Position numbers and translations under genes: made by a program. A stretch of 64,000 bases of DNA. It comes from Octopus vulgaris. Its lineage: Eukaryota. The notes beneath the pieces are model-generated. The model saw nothing but the letters and a program-made list of their open reading frames with translations, was not told the origin of the DNA and did no database searches. Where the stretch lies: the NCBI GenBank assembly GCA_951406725.2, contig OX597823.1:7626001-7690000 (forward strand), read 5' to 3'. Shown one piece after another: positions 1-13,274 of the stretch (positions within the stretch are counted from its first letter, which is position 1; every line of letters starts with the position of its first letter).

Positions 1-27
1 TCCTAATCAATAGCTTCAATGGTATAG

Positions 28-258
28 GGCGGCGAGCTGGCAGAATCGTCACCACGCCGGGCGAAATGCTTAGCAGTATTTCGTCTGCTGCTACGTTCTG
101 AGTTCAAATTCCACCGTGGTCGACTTTGCCTTTCATCCTTTTGGGGTCGATTAAATAAGTACCAGTTACGCACTGGGATCGATGTAATCAACTTAATACC
201 TATGTCTGTCCTTGTTTGTCCCCTCTATGTTTAGCCCCTTGTGGTTTATAAAGAAATA
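28..258 (+). mobile_element. tRNA-derived SINE family A
   Basis: ggcggcgagctggcagaa head, B-box-like gagttcaaatt, core gcctttcatcct...gtcgat, TSD ggtatag; near-identical copies at 14610 and 48887. Confidence 0.85.
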
Positions 259-1140
259 GGTATAGTCCTCTTAGTTAACGGGAGGACATATCCATATTAA
301 AATTTTTGGTGAGAAACTTATAGTTGTAAGCTTCATTAGAGGATGCTATACAATGTGTGTTATGTTTTGGAAGCAATTAAGACAGGTAATTATGATTCAA
401 TAACTTCAAATGAGTCTTATGTTGCAGTGATTTCAGAAGAGGAATTTTTTCATAGGTTTTTGTTTTTTTGGGGTTTTTTCTCTTGAAGCAGCACCACATT
501 AGTCTTCTACAGGTAATTCTGTTATTGAGGTGTGGATAAGGATTTGAAGAAGTTAAGAATTTGGTTGATCAATTATTTTCACTGGCAGTTGTGGTGTTTA
601 GCAATTCTTTTTGTAGAACAATTTATTTTTTGTTTTTAGTTTCATATTACATTTATTCAAGGGAGCAAAATATATGCACTTAGTCATCCTTCAAGAACTA
701 ACCTGACTGATGAGTGGATAAATTGAGATAATTCTTGTATAATTGTTTTGGAAACCCTTTTACATGTGAATACCATTTTAGCATCAAAAGTAAACAAAAA
801 TATATACAAAATATTACTTACATGAAACAGAGCAGTTCTGAACCAATTATTTCTTTCCATCTTAGTTTATTATTGTACTAGTTTTGTTTAAATACTGTTA
901 CAACCTGTGTTCATTTTTTTTATCTTCAAAGATGGTAATCAACATTTAATATTTGATTCTACCTGTTATATTTTGCTAATATTAAAATCTTAGCAGGGTT
1001 GATATCTAATTTCTGAATGTTTTAAGTAAATTGGAAATATTTATTTTAGGTATATTGATTTGCACTAAATTGTTATTCAGGCCATACATGCATATACTAT
1101 TCAACTGTACAAATTGTTAATTTCTTTTCATTAAGATAAA

Positions 1141-1540
1141 GAGTGGCTGTGTGGTAAGTAGCTTGCTTACTGACCACATGGTTCAGGGTTCAGTCCCACT
1201 ACGTGGCACCTTGGGCAAGTGTCTTCTACTATAGCCTTGGGCCGACCAAAGCCTTGTGAGTGGATTTGGTTGATGGAAACTGAAAGAAGCCTGTCATATA
1301 TATGTATGTGTATGTATGTGTGTGTGTGTATCTTTGTGTGTCAGTGTTTGTCCTCCCAACATCGCTTGACAACCGATGCTGGTGTGTTTACGTCCCCGTA
1401 ACTTAGCGGTTCGACAAAAGAGACCAATAGAATAAGTACTAGCCTTACAAAGAATAAGTCCTGGGGTCGATTTGCTCGACTAAAGGTGGTGCTCCAGCAT
1501 GGCCACAGTCAAATGACTGAAACAAGTAAAAGAGTAAAAA
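1141..1540 (+). mobile_element. tRNA-derived SINE family B (~400 nt, internal TA/TG microsatellite)
   Basis: A box tggctgtgtgg, B box gggttcagtccc, then ccttgggcaagtgtctt and tail gactgaaacaagtaaaagag; more than ten copies in the window. Confidence 0.88.
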
Positions 1541-1734
1541 AGTGTATGATAAGGTTATTTATAAAATAGCATTTATTATCATTTTTTTCAGATTTCATTT
1601 ACCAAAGTTCTATATTATAGAACTTTTACTGAGCCCTCAACATTGAATCAGTTATGAAAATGCTAAATAACGTATTTCCACTTTATGTATTCTTTCGTTA
1701 TGTTTTTGTTTATAAATAAACAGTATATAAATAA

Positions 1735-2133
1735 CTAGCATTATCGCCCGGCATTGCTCGGGTTTGTAAGGGAAATAACTACATAAGCATTTTTAGAGAG
1801 TTATAGCCAAAAATTAGCCAAAAAATGCATTAAAAATGGAAAAAAAATGATGGTAAATTTTTTTTTAAATCATTGACTCATCGTAGACATTTTTAGAGAG
1901 TTACTTCCCTTATATAATAGCGGAAAAAATGCATTAAAATGGAAAAAAATGATGGTAAATTTTTTTTTAAATCGTAGACTCATCATAGACGCGCGCTAAT
2001 ACCCAGAAGGGCTCGATATGAATCACGACTATAAGATACCCGGTTTTGGTTAAACTGCACCGCAAAATGTGGGAGTAGTTAGGAATCTAAATCGTAGGAG
2101 ACAGACACACAACCTTACTTTTATATATAAAGA
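1735..2133 (-). mobile_element. Non-autonomous Helitron
   Basis: On the - strand: 5' TC, 3' CTAG with a subterminal GC hairpin (cccgagcaa.gccggg), inserted between A and T, no TSD. Confidence 0.88.
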
Positions 2134-3619
2134 TAATTACATATGTTGCACATTTTCATTTAAACATTGAATATGCTAGCATATTTTTTACTGGTAAAAT
2201 AAGTATACAAATAAATGTTTAGAAACCATGATGCTAGCAAAATGGACATAAAGATAAGTGTTAATTTCTTTAGAACTTTCAATAAGAATTTGTTCTTTGA
2301 TAGACATGACATATGAGGATTTCAGCCAATGAGTCTTATATACAGCTTTCACAGTCAGGACAAAACTCACTTCCAGCAGAACTATTTTTCTAGATCATTA
2401 GCTTTCTTATGCTTTTAACTTTGCTTTTTGGCATCATACAAATGAGATTTCAGCAACAGTACCTGCTGCTTTAGGTAGGTTTTTTTTCTTTTTTTTTAAG
2501 GATATATCTTTCTGCTTTTTTATTTCTTCCTAATATTAGTTTGTTCAATCTAATGATCTGATCTTTGTGATAGATCACTTTTTAAATCGTTCAATACTAG
2601 TTGATTAGCGAGGATGATTGAGTGTGATCCATGACGGAAACTGATTGATATTTACATATTAGCAATTTGAATTTTGTGTCACTTGTATTAAAGCAATGAG
2701 TGAAGGATTGCTAATTGGATAGATAACTTTCTTTGGAGACAGATTTACTACATTGAACATGGGATATCATCCCAATTTGAGCAATATGCAACATTGGTCA
2801 CCAGCATGAAAGATGTGTGTTAAATGACGATGATGAAATCGTGCTTCAAGAGTATGATGAAGATACATTGTAGGGTGCACTTTTACAGAATAGAATGTTG
2901 TGAGTTGATCAAATTATGGAATGATAGAATACATTTCTGACGATCTGATTTAGATGTGTATTTTTAAAAAATAGATGAATATAAGATAACAGGTTAAATA
3001 CTTATAGTTGTGTATGAGGAAAAATTACATTGCTGTATTGTAGATCTCTCAAAGTGATATCAGCAGTTTTCTTTACAGAAGTGAATCTGAGTAAAAAAAA
3101 GATAGTGCCCAAAATTCTGAAAAGTAGCTTGAAATAGATAGTAGTAGTTAAAATGGTTAATGTTAAATTTCAATTCATTTTGGGTAATGGTTCAACAGAA
3201 AATATTGCAGAGACAGATAGACTGGTCAGTGGATTTTGGGAATTACAGATAGGTAAAACACTAATCTAGGTTGTTTGACACACAAAATAGAGCGCAGTAG
3301 GAAGGGATGTTGATACAGTTGGCTACATCTTCATTTTAAAAAGACAAAATTGAAACGTATATAATTCTGAAGACAAGAAAAATTGGGAAAAAATACAAAA
3401 GATGTTATAACACTGATTAAAATGAATATATATTAATTTAATTAATGGATCTCATTTATTATAATGCTATTCATGGTTAATTGTTTGAAACTAACTTAAT
3501 TAAATACTATTGCATATACATATGCTCAGTCACACACTTGGGTGTATAGAGTATATATACAAACATCTGAAATGCATGCACAGATATATACACATACAGA
3601 TGTTTAGTTTTGCTTCACT

Positions 3620-4950
3620 CACATTGTAAAGATGACTAAGAAGCAAGGAGGAGATCAAAGCCTTGCTAATTGTAAGATTTAAAGGTAAGCTGAAAGTATT
3701 AAGTAAGAAATAGATCTAAAACAAATCATTGTTCATACAGATGAGACAAAAATATCAAAATTTATGGAATAATGCAGTATTGAAAGCCTATCCAAGTGAT
3801 GGGGAAAAAAACATTAAAACTGTGATTGCTGTAATAAAGATGACAATAGTGAAAAAGACAGCCTCCTGTGTTAATATTATAGAATACGCACACAAACAAA
3901 CAAGTCATGCAGTGTTGTAGAAGTCAGCTGCCTAGCGTGTGTGAACCATCAAACGTTCAGGGAAAAGAGAACATTTTGTTGAACTAATACAGAACCAGAA
4001 ATGTCTATTGTATCATATTTCTGTTGAAGACATTATACATACGATCAGTAGCTACCCAAAAATGTCATCAAGGTACTACCTCCTGGTATGACATGACATC
4101 TTTATATATAAAAGTGAAGTTGTGTGCTGTCTGTCTCCTATGATTTAGATTCCTAACTACTCCCACATTTTGCGGTGCAGTTTAACCAAAACCGGGTATC
4201 TTATAGTCGTGATTCATATCAAGCCCTTCTGGGTATTAGCACGCGTCTACAATGAGTCTATGATTTTAAAAAAAATTTACCATCATTTTTTTCCATTTTT
4301 AATGCATTTTTTTTGCTATTATATAAGAGAAGTAACTCTCTAAAAATTTATTATTAAATCTCAGAACGTAAAAAGCTACAGTAACACCCCGCTTTGTGGT
4401 TAGCCATATTGAGATGGCTATTATACTTTACATCTCTAAAAATGCTTATATAGTTATTTCCCTTACAAACCCGAGCAACGCCGGCCGATACTGCTAGTTG
4501 TTATTAAAATAATATACAATCTCATTAAAAAAAAAAAAGACTGTCCTAGGATAAAATATATATAGATAGATAGATGGTCCTCCCTATTATTGAATGCATA
4601 TATAAACATCAACTGATGGAATATCGATAGAACATTCCTATCAAAACTTCTTCCAGGTGCAAACTTAATTTTGCGGGGATAGGCAGGAAAAATTGTGCCA
4701 TCACAAAGGTCAGTTGCCCTGAAAGAAGATTACTATGGACAAATGTCTCAAAGCCTTCAGCTTCTATACCTAGATTATAACTTTACATTTATAGCAATAA
4801 TAATTAGTGCTCTTGGTTTTGTGAGTAAATGACTAAGTGACAATTTGGAAAAGTTAGGGTTTTCAGAAATAGAAATCAACCAGCTAACTTGCATATTACA
4901 AATACAATTTGTAAGTAGAACAGTAATGATACGCAAGATTTTTTTCTAGT
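3620..4950 (+). mobile_element. Decayed R4/Dong-like non-LTR retrotransposon C-terminus, interrupted by a Helitron
   Basis: KCLLYHISVEDIIHTISSYPKMSSRYY (degenerate CCHC knuckle) near 4000-4080 and YNFTFIAIIISALGFVSK*LSDNLEKLG (restriction-like endonuclease end) near 4775-4860; boundaries approximate. Confidence 0.6.
4099..4497 (+). mobile_element. Non-autonomous Helitron (variant with a different internal segment)
   Basis: A|TCTTTATATATAAAAG...cccgagcaacgccggccgatactgCTAG|T. Confidence 0.88.
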
Positions 4951-5072
4951 TGTAGTATTGTTTTTATCTACATTTCAATTCTGGAGTTTTGTACCTTTGT
5001 TAGAAACCAACTCCTTCCTTAAAGAATGACTCTAAATGATTAAAAATAGAAAAGATTATACATAAATAAATA

Positions 5073-5510
5073 CATCATCATCATCGTTTAGCGTCCGTTT
5101 TCCATGCTAGCATGGGTTGGACGGTTCTACTGGGGTCTGTGAAGCCAGAAGGCTTCATCAGGCCCAGTCAAATCTGGCAGTGTTTCTACGGCTGGGTGCC
5201 CTTCCTAATGCCAACCACTCCATGAGTGTAGTGGATGCTTTTTACGTGCCACCCGCACAGGTGCCAGACAGAGCTGGCAAACGGCCATGACCAGATGGTG
5301 CTTTTTATGTGCCACCGGCACGAGGGCCAGGCGAGGCTGGCAACGGACACGAAACGGGGCGGTGCTGGCAACGGTCGCAAAACGGAAGGTTCTCTTACAT
5401 GCCACCGGCACTGGTAACACATCTGCAATTTCCATTGATCGATTTCGATTCTGATCCTCACTTGCCTCAACGGGTCTTCACAAGTAGAGTTTCGACATGC
5501 CACCGGCACA
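5073..5510 (-). mobile_element. RTE LINE 3' UTR / RTE-tailed repeat with (GAT)n tail
   Basis: Ends ccatgctagcatggaaaacggacgctaaac(gat)n on the - strand; same sequence follows the RTE stop codon in the 55250-56268 element. Confidence 0.78.
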
Positions 5511-7013
5511 ATGATTTAATAAAAGATCAAGAATTAAGCTTATAAATAAAGTGTTTGCAATAGGATGTCATGATAGTAAAAATACATTTGAAAAAAATGA
5601 AGATTTTACAATATTCTGGTCATATTTTTGATAACCTTCTAAGAAAAATATACTACTATTTATTGATTGTTTTTAATACATATTGCATTCATATTTCTTG
5701 ATAAATTCATTAGTTTAAGAACAGTGTCAAATGTCAGCAGATAGTTAAATTATGAAATAAACAAATATGGTTTGCAAAAGATATATGATAAACTTTTGTT
5801 TCATTGTCAAATATTTTTTGTTAGAATTCATGTTTAAATTTATATTATAAAAGTATAATTATTGTATCTATAATAACTTCTAAGTTAAACACTTTTCAAT
5901 TATTTACAATTGTTTCATTCAATCTAATTTTTGAAATACTATTAAAATTATTGGATTTGTAATTTCTCTGATGTGTTTGCATCTGTGTGTGTGTGTATAT
6001 ACATTCATTTTGAAACAGTTACAGAAATAATCAAATCAAATGTAAATATTGCCTTTTGATAACTCTTAATGTTTTCTTATTTGAAGTTGATGAAATTATC
6101 AATGAATTTATTGGGTAATTGCTCATTTAATTTATAATGTAAATATTTTGTGGAAAAACTTTTAAAGTGCTTTCCTGTTTTTAAACTGAATAACTTGTAA
6201 TTATGTAGTTCATTATTCATCTTAGATACATTTGCTTTAATAATACAATAAACTTTTGTTTCCAATAGTGTGCACTTGCTTATCCTGTCTGAAGTTACAT
6301 TATTCTGATAACAAAAGAGATGAAATAAGGATAAATATTTTGCTAAAGTAGTTCTAAACTATCAGCAGAAGGTATAATCTGGGGGTTGTTGGTTTATTTA
6401 AAAGAAAATTTTAAGATGTTATCTTATCAGTTTATCATTGAATACATGTCTATCATGAGAAATGTTTCCTGTAATAATTACATGCTCTTGTAAGTGCAAC
6501 ATGAACTTACCCATTTCTCAGAATTGGTTTTGTCAAAAATAAATTCTGTTTAATGATGATGAAGGTGCCGGTGACAATTATCAATTTAATGTCCACTTAT
6601 ATTTTTTTTTATTAAAATAAGGAAAAAAAATTGTCTATAAAACACAATGAAAAGCATTGATGAGTCAGAGTGGCTTTAAAATTCACTTATTCTTGAAATA
6701 ATTTCTTTATAGATGAACTTTTTCTGTTGCCTTTCCACTGATAAAATAGCTATCAATTGTTGACTCTTCATTCTTCAGTCCCTCCTAATTTTGGTGAGTT
6801 TTACCAAACTCTACACTAAGGGAAATCAAATGTAATGCATAGGTTTCTATTAATGGTGAGTATGGTTTTAAACAGAAAACATGCAATAATGAAGGATCCT
6901 ATTGGCTTTGCTTAAAATATATGATGATCTCCTTTATATTTTGTATACTTTGTTCAGTTAATATTGTTTTATAATACAGCTTTCTACACATGGTTGTTTT
7001 ATTTCTGTTTCAG

Positions 7014-7103
7014 GTGATATTATATGTGAATAAAGTCGGTCCATATTTCAATCCTCATGAAACATACCACTATTATCAGCTACCAGTTTGCAGACCGGTA
7101 AAG
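7014..7103 (+). CDS. TM9SF1: TM9SF1 coding exon A ([30 protein letters not shown])
   Basis: tttcag acceptor, 90 nt in phase 0-0, donor AAG|gtagat; peptide matches the recalled TM9SF1 N-terminus [26 protein letters not shown]. Confidence 0.95.
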
Positions 7104-8379
7104 GTAGATATCATTGATTACTTTTATTTTAAGTATGTATCATAACTGGCAGTGTTATCAGATTGTCAAAGTGCTTGATAGTATTTATTTTTTGGTTCAA
7201 ATCCCACTGAAGTCGACTTAGTGTTTCATCTTCTGCAATCAATAATACCAGTCATTATTAGTAGAGCCATTACGGTGTCAACAGGATGTGTTATGGTATT
7301 TGTGGTATTTGTTCTAGTGCTTTGCTTTCCAAGTTCAAACCCTGACATGGCCTACATGGGTGTTAAAGTTAATTCATAGCTTGGTTTAATGTCACACCTG
7401 ATACTTAGGTACCTTTACCAGGATCCACCCAGTTGCATGCATTTGGGGCATTCTTCCCATTTAAGGATACATTCTTTCCTCCCAGTAGTCTGAGACCCTG
7501 AAAATAGGTCATGACCTTTCCTCATGATTAAGCAATAAAAAACGATATCAGATATTAAATTACTGAGATATATAATAAAATACAAAGGTTGGAAATAAAC
7601 TAAGAATTGGAAAAATAGAAAAACAGAAAACGTGTATCATGGTCTGGGAAAAAATGGTAAACATTTAAAGGTCATGGTAAGAAAGAAAAGGAAGGAAGAA
7701 AGGCATTGTTCTGATAGGAAGGTGACCATAGCTTCTTTGAATTTAGGTAGATGTTTAAAATGGATCTATTTAGTATAAAAAAAATATTAGTAATTGTTAA
7801 ATTTTTATTATTTGGGTTCATTCAAGTATGTAAACATAGGTGTGAGGAGTTAGATTTATATAGGTCAAATTTATATAGGTCAAATAGGTCAAATTTAGTG
7901 GTCTGCATTAAAAGTTAACTTCCAAGTATATTTTCGCTTGATTAAGAGGTTTATGGTTAAGTACTGGTTTTCTCGGTTAAAAAATTTGTTACTGTTTCTT
8001 GTACAATTTTTTCCATGTTGGCAGATGGACCCAGATGTTTGTTGTTACTAATATTATAGACAATCTTGCAAGTTAGCAAGCATACACCTCCATACTCATT
8101 CACATATACACACATATATATAATTAAGCTTCAATTTACAAATATTTACATATATTTCAATATACATATATGTATATGCATGTGTATATAGATATGTGCT
8201 TTTGCATTTATGCATACTTTGATACATATGCACATACACATAGATACACATATATATAAGTATGTATGTATCTATGCAAAAATGTGTACATGTACATATT
8301 TGTATGCATAAATATTTGTATTTTAGAGTTTATATACATGCTTCAATTATATCCATATAGTAATTTAAATAAATACATA

Positions 8380-8414
<35 letters not shown>

Positions 8415-8429
8415 TAGATAGATAGATAT

Positions 8430-8610
8430 AAAGTTAATCCAAACATGAAAACACAAAGAGAAAATACAACAACGCGAGGACGTGGAACAAATATAGTATT
8501 ATTGGACGCTCAGGAAGGAAGGGAAGAAGGAGGATTTAACGTTTCGAGCAGAGCTCTTCATCAGAAACATAGGAAAAGGAAAGATCCAAGGAAGGGAAGA
8601 CAGAGGAAAA
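8430..8610 (-). mobile_element. Short (TA)n-flanked element, probably a Penelope-like pseudo-LTR fragment
   Basis: Bounded by TA repeats on both sides, pyrimidine-rich on the - strand, carries a hammerhead motif. Confidence 0.65.
8534..8568 (-). ncRNA. Minimal type I hammerhead ribozyme motif
   Basis: gttt-CTGATGA-a-gagc(tct)gctc-GAAA-cg-TT-aaat: intact core, 4-bp stem II, palindromic AACGTT in place of stem III, short stem I. Confidence 0.75.
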
Positions 8611-8624
8611 TATATATATATATA

Positions 8625-9400
8625 TGAATTATCCCAAAAGTAATGTAAAAGTAGATATAACATTTTTATTAACTGGTATAAGCTGTTCAAATTGCACGGT
8701 GGTCGATTAGTAAACTCTTTCTCCATACAAAGGTTCTACTGTCTCCATCACAAGCAATGAATTTGCACCATTGTTGCCCCTAATTCTCAAATCCTCTTTC
8801 AAAAAATTCAGGTGCACACTGTTGTAACCATTTCTTCATAACCATCTTCATCTTGCCATCAAATTGTGGTCCCCAAAGCCTGTCCTTCAGTCTACCAAAT
8901 CTGAGTTGTATTGTAGAGGGCCACTGGCCAACCCAGTTTGGACATTGTCTAATCTGTTGCCATCTTTGTATGTGCTTGCACATTATCATTGTGAATGTGG
9001 ATCATTATCTGATTCTTGTTAATATCTTACTCTTAAAGGCTTTTCTAAGCCTTTTGAGTGTCTCAGTGCACCATTCACTATTCACAGTACAGCTGCATTC
9101 CAGAAAAACAAGGAGAATGATGATCTTGTCATCCCATAAAACACAGTTACCATGACTTTCTATGTGGTTTGCTGACCCTTGAAGTTGTTAGTCCACGGAG
9201 GAGGGATGTAATGTCATTCAATGGAGCCTTTGTTTTCAGATCATAGAAATACTGTCTTATTTCATCCACTCTCACCAAATTGAGGACAAAAGGTGTTTCA
9301 CTGGCTTCAAATGCTTCCCACAGTTCAGACCAGATGTTCACCCTTCTTTTCTTCAAGTTCACTGTCAACTGCCATGGTGTCCACTATGCACACATGAATT
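8625..9400 (-). mobile_element. Decayed mariner-family transposase remnant
   Basis: FGRLKDRLWGPQF...KKWLQQCAPEFFERGF resembles the mariner C-terminus; an FLWDD...FL...TVNS...ETLKRL-like segment lies near 9050-9140. Confidence 0.65.
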
Positions 9401-10882
9401 GTGACTCACTGAGGCTAATTCTCTTCCTACTTTATTGAGCTATAACCTTTTCTCTTGCTGGTCCAGCAATTTGATACCCTTATTAGTAATTCTCTCTTGG
9501 GTATCTCCTTTATGCTCGTAAAAGTTGACAATATTGCTGCTGTTCCAGGTGTTGACAATGATACTTCATGTACAACTTGATGAACTATATAGGTGAATTT
9601 TAAGCATCTCAGCAGGACTTTCCCTGCTTTCATATCCTTAATTGCTTTATCTATCATACTTATGTCTGATGGTAGGTGATTATGTGGCTGTTTTTTTTAG
9701 TTTCAGCTGCAAACTATTACCTTGTTTCTTGTACCATAACCATAGCCTCTGTGTACCCTGAAGTCATCATGGTATTGATTAACATGTCCATTAAAATCAC
9801 CAGCTGCAATGATGAAACTATGGTCAGTTGTATCAGAAGATTAAACTTCTAAATTGCAATATATTTGCCTCCCTTCAATAATTTAAATGAAAAGACATCT
9901 AGTCAGTCTTTAGGGTATTTCAAGACATAATTGGTAATTTAAGGGGAAGGGTAAAACCTTTGCTTCCTATAGAATCATCATCATTATCGTTTAACATCTG
10001 CTTTCCATGCTAGCATGGGTGGGATGGTTTCTCAAGAGCCAGCCAGGCAGAAGCCTGCACCAAACTTCTGTGACTGTTTTGGTAGGATTCTTACAGCTGG
10101 ATGCCCTTCCTAACTCCAACCACTCAGCAGAGTGGACTTAGTGATTTTTATGTGGCACAAGCACAGGTGAGGTCAGTTTTGGCAAGGTTTTTACAGCTGG
10201 ATGCCCTTCTGAACACCAACCACTTTACAGTGGGGAGTGAGTGTTTTTAAGTGGCATCTGCATTGACAGGGTCACCAAGTACTTGCAAGACAAAAAACTT
10301 TCAAGAGGGTAGTGGGCATTAAAGGAGGTGATCTTGTGTCGAATGACAAAAGGTTATAGTGAGACAGAGAGACAGAAACAGGTGTCTTGCTGTAGAGGAA
10401 GTACAAGGTTACCTGGCCGGAGAGAAAGGGAGAGAGATCAGGAAGGAAAACAGAAACAGGTGTACTACCACAACGGAACTACATAGTTACCCAACCTGAA
10501 GAAGTGCAAGAGGAGAGAAAGAGTAGTAGACAGCAGGATGGAGATGGTGGCAAAATGCCAGGAATACTCAGAAGGGATGAGGATAAAAATATAAATGGGA
10601 TGGTTGAATAAAGGAAGAGAGAGAGATGGTGGCAAGTGCCAGGGCATACCCTAAAGTCTGAAATAAGAAAACTGGAACATCCCTATAAAATTATGGTGGG
10701 AATACATGCTGAGTGTAAATTATAAGACAACAGTTGATAAACAATAAAGTTAAAAATTGCTAAGAAATTTATGCCTTCTGGGTTTTTTTTTTTTTCTTCA
10801 TTTCATTGTTGAAATTTCTATCTGCTGTTTTAATGGTTTGTAAAAGTTATGTGTTTCAAATATTTTGAAACTTTCATTTCAG

Positions 10883-10964
10883 ATTGAGCACAAATCTCTT
10901 ACTTTAGGAGAAGTCCTTGATGGAGATCGTATGGCTGTTTCTTTGTATGAACTAAATTTTAAAA
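10883..10964 (+). CDS. TM9SF1: TM9SF1 coding exon B ([27 protein letters not shown])
   Basis: tttcag acceptor and gtaagt donor, 82 nt, phase 0-1; [10 protein letters not shown] is the TM9SF family motif. Confidence 0.96.
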
Positions 10965-11151
10965 GTAAGTCCTTTATAAATAAGAATTATATTTAAAATT
11001 TCAAAGATACTTAAACTGTTTTTACTAATTTTGTTTTGTAAATAATTATCATGAGAAATGTAGAGGTGTTATCTCGGTTCCAATATTAATTTGCCGCTCC
11101 TACAAGTACGCTAAATATGCAACACAAGCCAAATAATTCACTTAATCTATC

Positions 11152-11379
11152 TTAACACTTTTGTTACTAACCCAGCCAAAACCAGCTCTGGTTCTGTGGT
11201 AAAAAGTCTTGTTTTCATAATTTTTGAATTAAAACCTTCCACCAAGCCTTAGTCACAATTAACGTTCCTAACACCAGCTTAATGATAACTTGGTTATTTT
11301 ACTAAATTCTTTGTTATATTTAAAATAATTGAGAGAAACACAGAACGTCTCAAAATAAATACGGTAACGAAAGAGTTAA
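11152..11379 (+). mobile_element. TTAA-flanked MITE (piggyBac-like), family M1
   Basis: TTAA at both ends, TIR consensus ccctttcgttac / gtaacgaaaggg. Confidence 0.8.
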
Positions 11380-11791
11380 TGTATATGAATAATAAAAAAA
11401 TTTGACTACTGTGAAGACTCATTTGCCATCGGTTTTTGAATGACTGTATATCTAACAGAAAAGCCCGATGGGTTACAAATTGTGGAAATTTCAGATAAAG
11501 CAAGAAAATCTTGCATGCATATTTCAAGAAACATAAAAAGAGCCATTTATATATGCATCCCTAAAACACAATCTGTCTGAAATTCTTGCAGTTTAAAGAA
11601 TGGCAACTGTGGTTGTTTATATTGTTTTTGGTTTGCCTTAATAATATATAGCTAATCAAATGTTTGGGATCTAAATGTTTGGGATCATCTGGTGTAGAGA
11701 AATGAAGTATATATTGCCCTTGCCAAGCAGTGTTTCATAGTGTAGTCTTTACAGAAGCTGTCATTCATAATTCAAGTTAAATTTTGAATGA

Positions 11792-12432
11792 TTAACCCTT
11801 ACTGTATTTATTTTGAGATGCTCTGTGTTTCTTCCAATAATTTTAAATATAACAAAGAATTTAGTAAAATAACATATCAAGGCGCAGGAGTGGCTGTGTG
11901 GTAAGTAGCTTGCTAAACAACCACATGGTTCCGGGTTCAGTCCCACTGCGTGGCATCTTGGGCAAGTGTCTTCTGCTATAGCCCCGGGCCGACCAATGCC
12001 TTGTGAGTGGATTTGGTAGATGAAAACTGAAAGAAGCCTGTCATATATATGTATATATATATATATGTATGTGTGTGTGTTTGTGTGTCTGTGTTTGTCC
12101 CCCTAGCATTGCTTGACAACCGATGCTGGTGTGTTTACGTCCCCGTCACTTAGCGGTTCGGCAAAAGAGACTGATAGAATAAGTACTGGGCTTACAAAGA
12201 ATAAGTCCCGGGGTCGATTTGCTCGACTAAAGGCGGTGCTCCAGCATGGCTGCAGTCAAATGACTGAAACAAGTAAAAGAGAGTAAAAAAGAAAAGAGTA
12301 TTCAGCTAGTGTTAGGAACATAAATTGTGACTAAGATTTGGTGGAAGATTTGAATTCAAAACTTATGAAAACAAGACATTTATACTAACGAACCAGAGCC
12401 GGTTTCAGCCGGGTTGGTAACGAAAGGGTTAA
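11792..12432 (-). mobile_element. MITE M1 interrupted by SINE B
   Basis: The two halves join into an intact reverse copy with TTAA ends. Confidence 0.8.
11881..12299 (+). mobile_element. SINE family B inserted inside a TTAA MITE
   Basis: Full-length copy that splits the MITE at 11792-12432. Confidence 0.88.
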
Positions 12433-12876
12433 TGATTTTGTGGTGGTCACAAAGGAGACAAGCTAGTGTGTAAGCATCTTGAACTTTGTCATTCACTGAA
12501 GTTAATTACCAGTTAAACGCAAGGTCTGGCTTTGGTTATTTTGCTGTGTGCAAGAATTTCTGTTTGTTTGACTCAGGTTGGGGAAATACAATGCAGTATC
12601 ATCCTGGTGTGACCTTAATATGGACATGTAGTTTTGGGGTCAGCTGGAGGGGACAATTGCTGTTGATTGCATTACACAAGTGTCTGAGCGGTCAAATAAT
12701 TTTAACCTATGTCTTTTGAAGTGTAGGCAGTGTATGTTGTGTGTGTGTGTGTGTGCATATTTACTGTTTAGTATGGTGGTAGGGGGCATAAGTGTGCCAG
12801 TTAGTGGTTTTGTTTTTTGTTTTGATTTTTTATTAATGAAGGAAAAATTATGATTTCCAGGCAATAATGACATATA

Positions 12877-13274
12877 TCTTTATATATAAAAGTGAAGTTG
12901 TGTGTCTGTCTCCTACGATTTAGATTCCTAACTACTCCCACATTTTGCGGTGCAGTTTAACCAAAACCGGGTATCTTATAGTCGTGATTCATATCGAGCC
13001 CTTCTGGGTATTAGCGCGCGTCTACGATGAGTCTACAATTTAAAAAAAAATTTACCATCATTTTTTTCCATTTTAATGCATTTTTTCGCTATTATATAAG
13101 GGAAGTGACTCTCTAAAAGTGTCTACGATGAGTCAACGATTTTTAAAAAGATTTACCATCATTTTTTTTCCATTTTTAATGCATTTTTTTGCTATTTTTT
13201 GGCTATAACTCTCTAAAAATGCTTATATAGTTATTTCCCTTACAAATCCGAGCAACGCCGGGCGATACTGCTAG
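12877..13274 (+). mobile_element. Non-autonomous Helitron
   Basis: Same termini; internal ~70-nt unit duplicated as in the 1735 copy. Confidence 0.88.

Noticed and set aside
700-760. CTGATGA followed later by GAAAC on the + strand
   Set aside because: No stem II (gtggat has no partner before GAAA) and no stem I or III support
2300-2480. Possible signal-peptide exon of TM9SF1 ending at ttag|gtaggt
   Set aside because: ATG-initiated frames hit stops, and the open frame ends in phase 1, which is incompatible with exon A
11881-11950. tRNA gene
   Set aside because: A and B boxes are present but it is the head of a multi-copy SINE with no complete cloverleaf
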